A DNA stretch of 62,844 nt, filler included, from Candidatus Ancaeobacter aquaticus (lineage in GTDB: Bacteria > Auribacterota > Ancaeobacteria > Ancaeobacterales > Ancaeobacteraceae), in assembly GCA_030765405.1 (NCBI GenBank). It is 5 parts of 5 records of this genome, joined end to end, with 100 filler letters (N's around TTAATTAATTAA, not from the genome) between each part and the next. Parts side by side here need not be neighbours in the genome. Positions count along the whole stretch, not along the records: positions 53,325 to 62,844 come from JAVCCP010000064.1; 4 more parts are not named here. One strand, given 5' to 3'. Below are positions 60,295 through 62,844 of this stretch, piece by piece. How positions within the stretch are numbered: position 1 is the stretch's first letter; every line of letters starts with the position of its first letter. The notes beneath the pieces were generated by a model. The model did not search any database. It saw only the letters and a list, made by a program, of their open reading frames with translations, and was not told the DNA's origin. Both the position numbers and the translations under genes were made by a program.

Positions 60295-61038
60295 TTAGTT
60301 TACTTCTACCTGTGCTTGAGGGTCAAACGGATTCGTTCTTACCGCAAGTGAAAAAAGATACGGATAATCACTCTTTAAATGTTGCATATATACCAGCCAT
60401 TCAATAATGAGCAGCTGATACGCTCGCTTAATATCTCCGGACAAATGTTCGCAATCACTTTCAGGCTTATCATTTAAAGCTGTCCTGTGCACAAGCTCTT
60501 CGGTAATATGGAACACTGCCCACAACAAATTTGAGAATGTTTCATGTTCAAGCAGATTAGGGTTTTCCAAAAGAGTAAGAAGAAAATCACGTTTTTCTTT
60601 AAGAAAACCTTTTAATGCGTCGAGATCACCTTTTGTACTGTCGATTGAACAGTTATAATTCAGCAGGTCATCAGACATGCTGATGAATTTTTTCTCAGAC
60701 CACTGATTAGACACAATGAGGCTCTTTGCCACATCTTTAAACCCAAGATCAAATGTTGCAAAGATCTTTATAAGGTCGTAACCTACTTCGCTAAAAAACA
60801 CACCTATTACCATGTTCAGTTTTTTCAGCATGGTTTTCTTTTCTCTGTAGGTAAGCAATTGATGAATAATGAGAGTTACCAGGAGAACCTCAAGAAAAGC
60901 GAAGGCAACATCACCTATAAGATAGATAAATATATGATGCGCATCACGAAATATTGCATAATGCACCAAATAAAAAATAGTTGATAACAGAATTAATATT
61001 ACTCCCAGCATTACTTGCCATGAAAAAAAACGTTTCAT
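60295..61038 (-). CDS. Hypothetical protein with two N-terminal TM helices
   Basis: AAGGAG RBS; LENPNLLEHE conserved-looking block. Confidence 0.75.
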   Translation of the reverse strand: MKRFFSWQVMLGVILILLSTIFYLVHYAIFRDAHHIFIYLIGDVAFAFLEVLLVTLIIHQLLTYREKKTMLKKLNMVIGVFFSEVGYDLIKIFATFDLGFKDVAKSLIVSNQWSEKKFISMSDDLLNYNCSIDSTKGDLDALKGFLKEKRDFLLTLLENPNLLEHETFSNLLWAVFHITEELVHRTALNDKPESDCEHLSGDIKRAYQLLIIEWLVYMQHLKSDYPYLFSLAVRTNPFDPQAQVEVN

Positions 61039-61093
61039 CTACACTCCTTTATAACCCTATTGCCCCAAGGGGTTAAGAAACTATAATATGACC

Positions 61094-61206
61094 AATTTGG
61101 AGACTCATCTTTGGCCGTCTGCTTCGTTGCTCCTCCTTAACGTACCACAGTGGATACGCGGCACTCTTCGTTCCTTGTTTCGCTCCAAAATCGTCTCAGC
61201 CAAATT
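61094..61206. repeat. ~113-bp intergenic palindromic element (MITE/REP-like)
   Basis: AATTTGGAGAC ... GTCTCAGCCAAATT imperfect terminal inverted repeats, GC-richer than the flanks. Confidence 0.4.
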
Positions 61207-61213
61207 AGTCTGA

Positions 61214-62596
61214 TTATAGTTCCTTGACCCCTAAATGCCCGAGATGTTTTCTGCTTCTCAGATGTTCTTCAATTTCTTCCAGTGTATGCCCCTTTGTTTC
61301 AGGCACATAGAAATAACAGAAAATAATTCCTAATCCCGCAACAATTGCATACAGCCAAAACGTACCAGATTTTCCTAGTTTATCAATGAGTGTTAAAAAT
61401 GTTGATGAAACCATCATATTAAACAGCCAGCATGAAAGAGTCGCAAGACTCATAGCGCGACCACGAATATGTAACGGATAAATTTCAGCTATCATAAGCC
61501 AGAAAATCGGACCGAGACTAATAGCAAACGACGCGACATATACAACAAGGCTACCAACAGCAATCCACTTTAGTGCACCTGAAAGCGCGGTAAATTTAAA
61601 TGCAAGACCTAACACACCTAAGCTCAGCGTCATCCCAGCCATACCAACATATAGAAGCGGTTTTCGACCAACTTTATCGAGTAACCATATTGCAACAACG
61701 GTCATACCCATATTTACGAGACCAACACCGGCAGTAGCAAGTATAGCTACTTGAGCTGTTTCAAAACCAGCAAATTGAAATATTGTTGGCGCATAATATA
61801 TAACGGTATTGATACCGGTAAACTGCTGAAGAAACGCGAGCATAAAACCAACGATCAGAGCTGGCCGCATCCATGGAGCAAACAAATCTTTCCATGAACC
61901 TTCTTTTTTGGCAAAACTCGCCGTAATTTCCTCTACTTCAGGTTCAACATTATCTTTATTAAGTATTTTCTTTAAAATAGAACTCGCCTTATCATTCTTT
62001 TTCCGGCTGAGCAACCATCGTGGTGTTTCAGGCAAAAAGAGCATTCCAATAAAAAGTATACACGCAGGAACAACACCGATAACTAGCATCCATCGCCATC
62101 CTTCAGTATTAGAAAACGAATAGTCTATTATATAAGAGAGAAAGATACCGACAGTAATCATAAGCTGATTCATAGATACGAGTCCCCCACGAATATGTGG
62201 CGGAGAGATTTCAGAAATGTATAGTGGCGCAGTATATGACGCGACACCGATTGCATACCCGATAACAAAACGGTATGCGATAAGCAAATGCACATTATGT
62301 GCGCTCGCACACCCTATAGAACCAATAGCGAAAAGAATAGAAGTAATAAGTATTGTAAGCCGCCGACCCAAACTGTCAGCAACCGACCCGCTTGTTGCAG
62401 CACCAAAAACAGCACCTAAAAGCACAACACTAACAACAAACTCTTCTACTGTATGAGTAAGATGGAACGCTTTCGTGATAAACAGTATTGCACCGGAAAT
62501 CACTCCGGTATCATACCCGAAAAGCAACCCAGCTGTTGCAGCAATTGCCGCAATAAGAAACATGAAAGGGGTTAGTTTATTTTTTACTTTCTCCAT
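61214..62596 (-). CDS. Sugar porter family MFS transporter
   Basis: LLFGYDTG, DSLGRR, YISEISP, LPETPRW, QQFTGIN, DKVGRK, VPETKG; AAGGAGG RBS before ATG 62596. Confidence 0.95.
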   Translation of the reverse strand: MEKVKNKLTPFMFLIAAIAATAGLLFGYDTGVISGAILFITKAFHLTHTVEEFVVSVVLLGAVFGAATSGSVADSLGRRLTILITSILFAIGSIGCASAHNVHLLIAYRFVIGYAIGVASYTAPLYISEISPPHIRGGLVSMNQLMITVGIFLSYIIDYSFSNTEGWRWMLVIGVVPACILFIGMLFLPETPRWLLSRKKNDKASSILKKILNKDNVEPEVEEITASFAKKEGSWKDLFAPWMRPALIVGFMLAFLQQFTGINTVIYYAPTIFQFAGFETAQVAILATAGVGLVNMGMTVVAIWLLDKVGRKPLLYVGMAGMTLSLGVLGLAFKFTALSGALKWIAVGSLVVYVASFAISLGPIFWLMIAEIYPLHIRGRAMSLATLSCWLFNMMVSSTFLTLIDKLGKSGTFWLYAIVAGLGIIFCYFYVPETKGHTLEEIEEHLRSRKHLGHLGVKEL

Positions 62597-62844
62597 GCTG
62601 CCTCCTTTGGGAATCAGTTGGTTTATATAGTACCCTATATCACACATTACTTATACTTACACTTCGACTATTATATATGATATTATAGAATATTGAAACA
62701 GTAAGAATCATAATATGGTAACCGGTGAGCAAAAGGGGGGACAATAACAAAATAAAACCCGCATAACTAAAGATAGATCTAAGATTAAAAAAAACGAGCC
62801 GAAAAGTTTTTATACTTCCGGTTTATTTTTTTATGTTGACAGTA

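Overview
Five contigs joined by artificial 100-bp linkers (N44-TTAATTAATTAA-N44 at 8902-9001, 23448-23547, 38860-38959, 53225-53324), so adjacency across linkers is unproven. The genome is a low-GC anaerobic bacterium; RpoB/RpoC and gene order suggest a PVC-affiliated candidate lineage (tentative). Contig 1 (1-8901) is a dense toxin-antitoxin island: four type II pairs, a decayed AbiE pair, a Fic gene between ~150-bp direct repeats and two AAA_14/DUF4143 ATPases, ending in a probable group II intron 3' end. Contig 2 (9002-23447) holds a decayed integrative element (tRNA-Ser-like att remnant, four copies of a perfect 21-bp palindrome), a 1279-aa nuclease-STAND ATPase, an OLD-family nuclease, a PLD/wHTH/DnaD-like fusion carrying in-frame copies of a 45-bp palindromic repeat, and housekeeping genes. 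Contig 3 is the tuf-rpmG-trnW-secE-nusG-rplKAJL-rpoBC-rpsLG-fusA-tuf cluster, broken inside both tuf copies. Contig 4 carries dfx, an ABC-F gene, a group 3b [NiFe]-hydrogenase operon ending in a zinc-less HypA and a HypC::HydE-like radical SAM fusion (top candidate novel system), and an SbtM-like radical SAM/SPASM gene behind an active plus pseudo alpha/beta-hydrolase pair. Contig 5 has an LRR-like gene end, recR-ebfC-dnaX, a Cys1-less PurF homolog, a D-Ala-D-Ala dipeptidase and membrane/transport genes. All family assignments are from motif recognition by eye; no searches were run.
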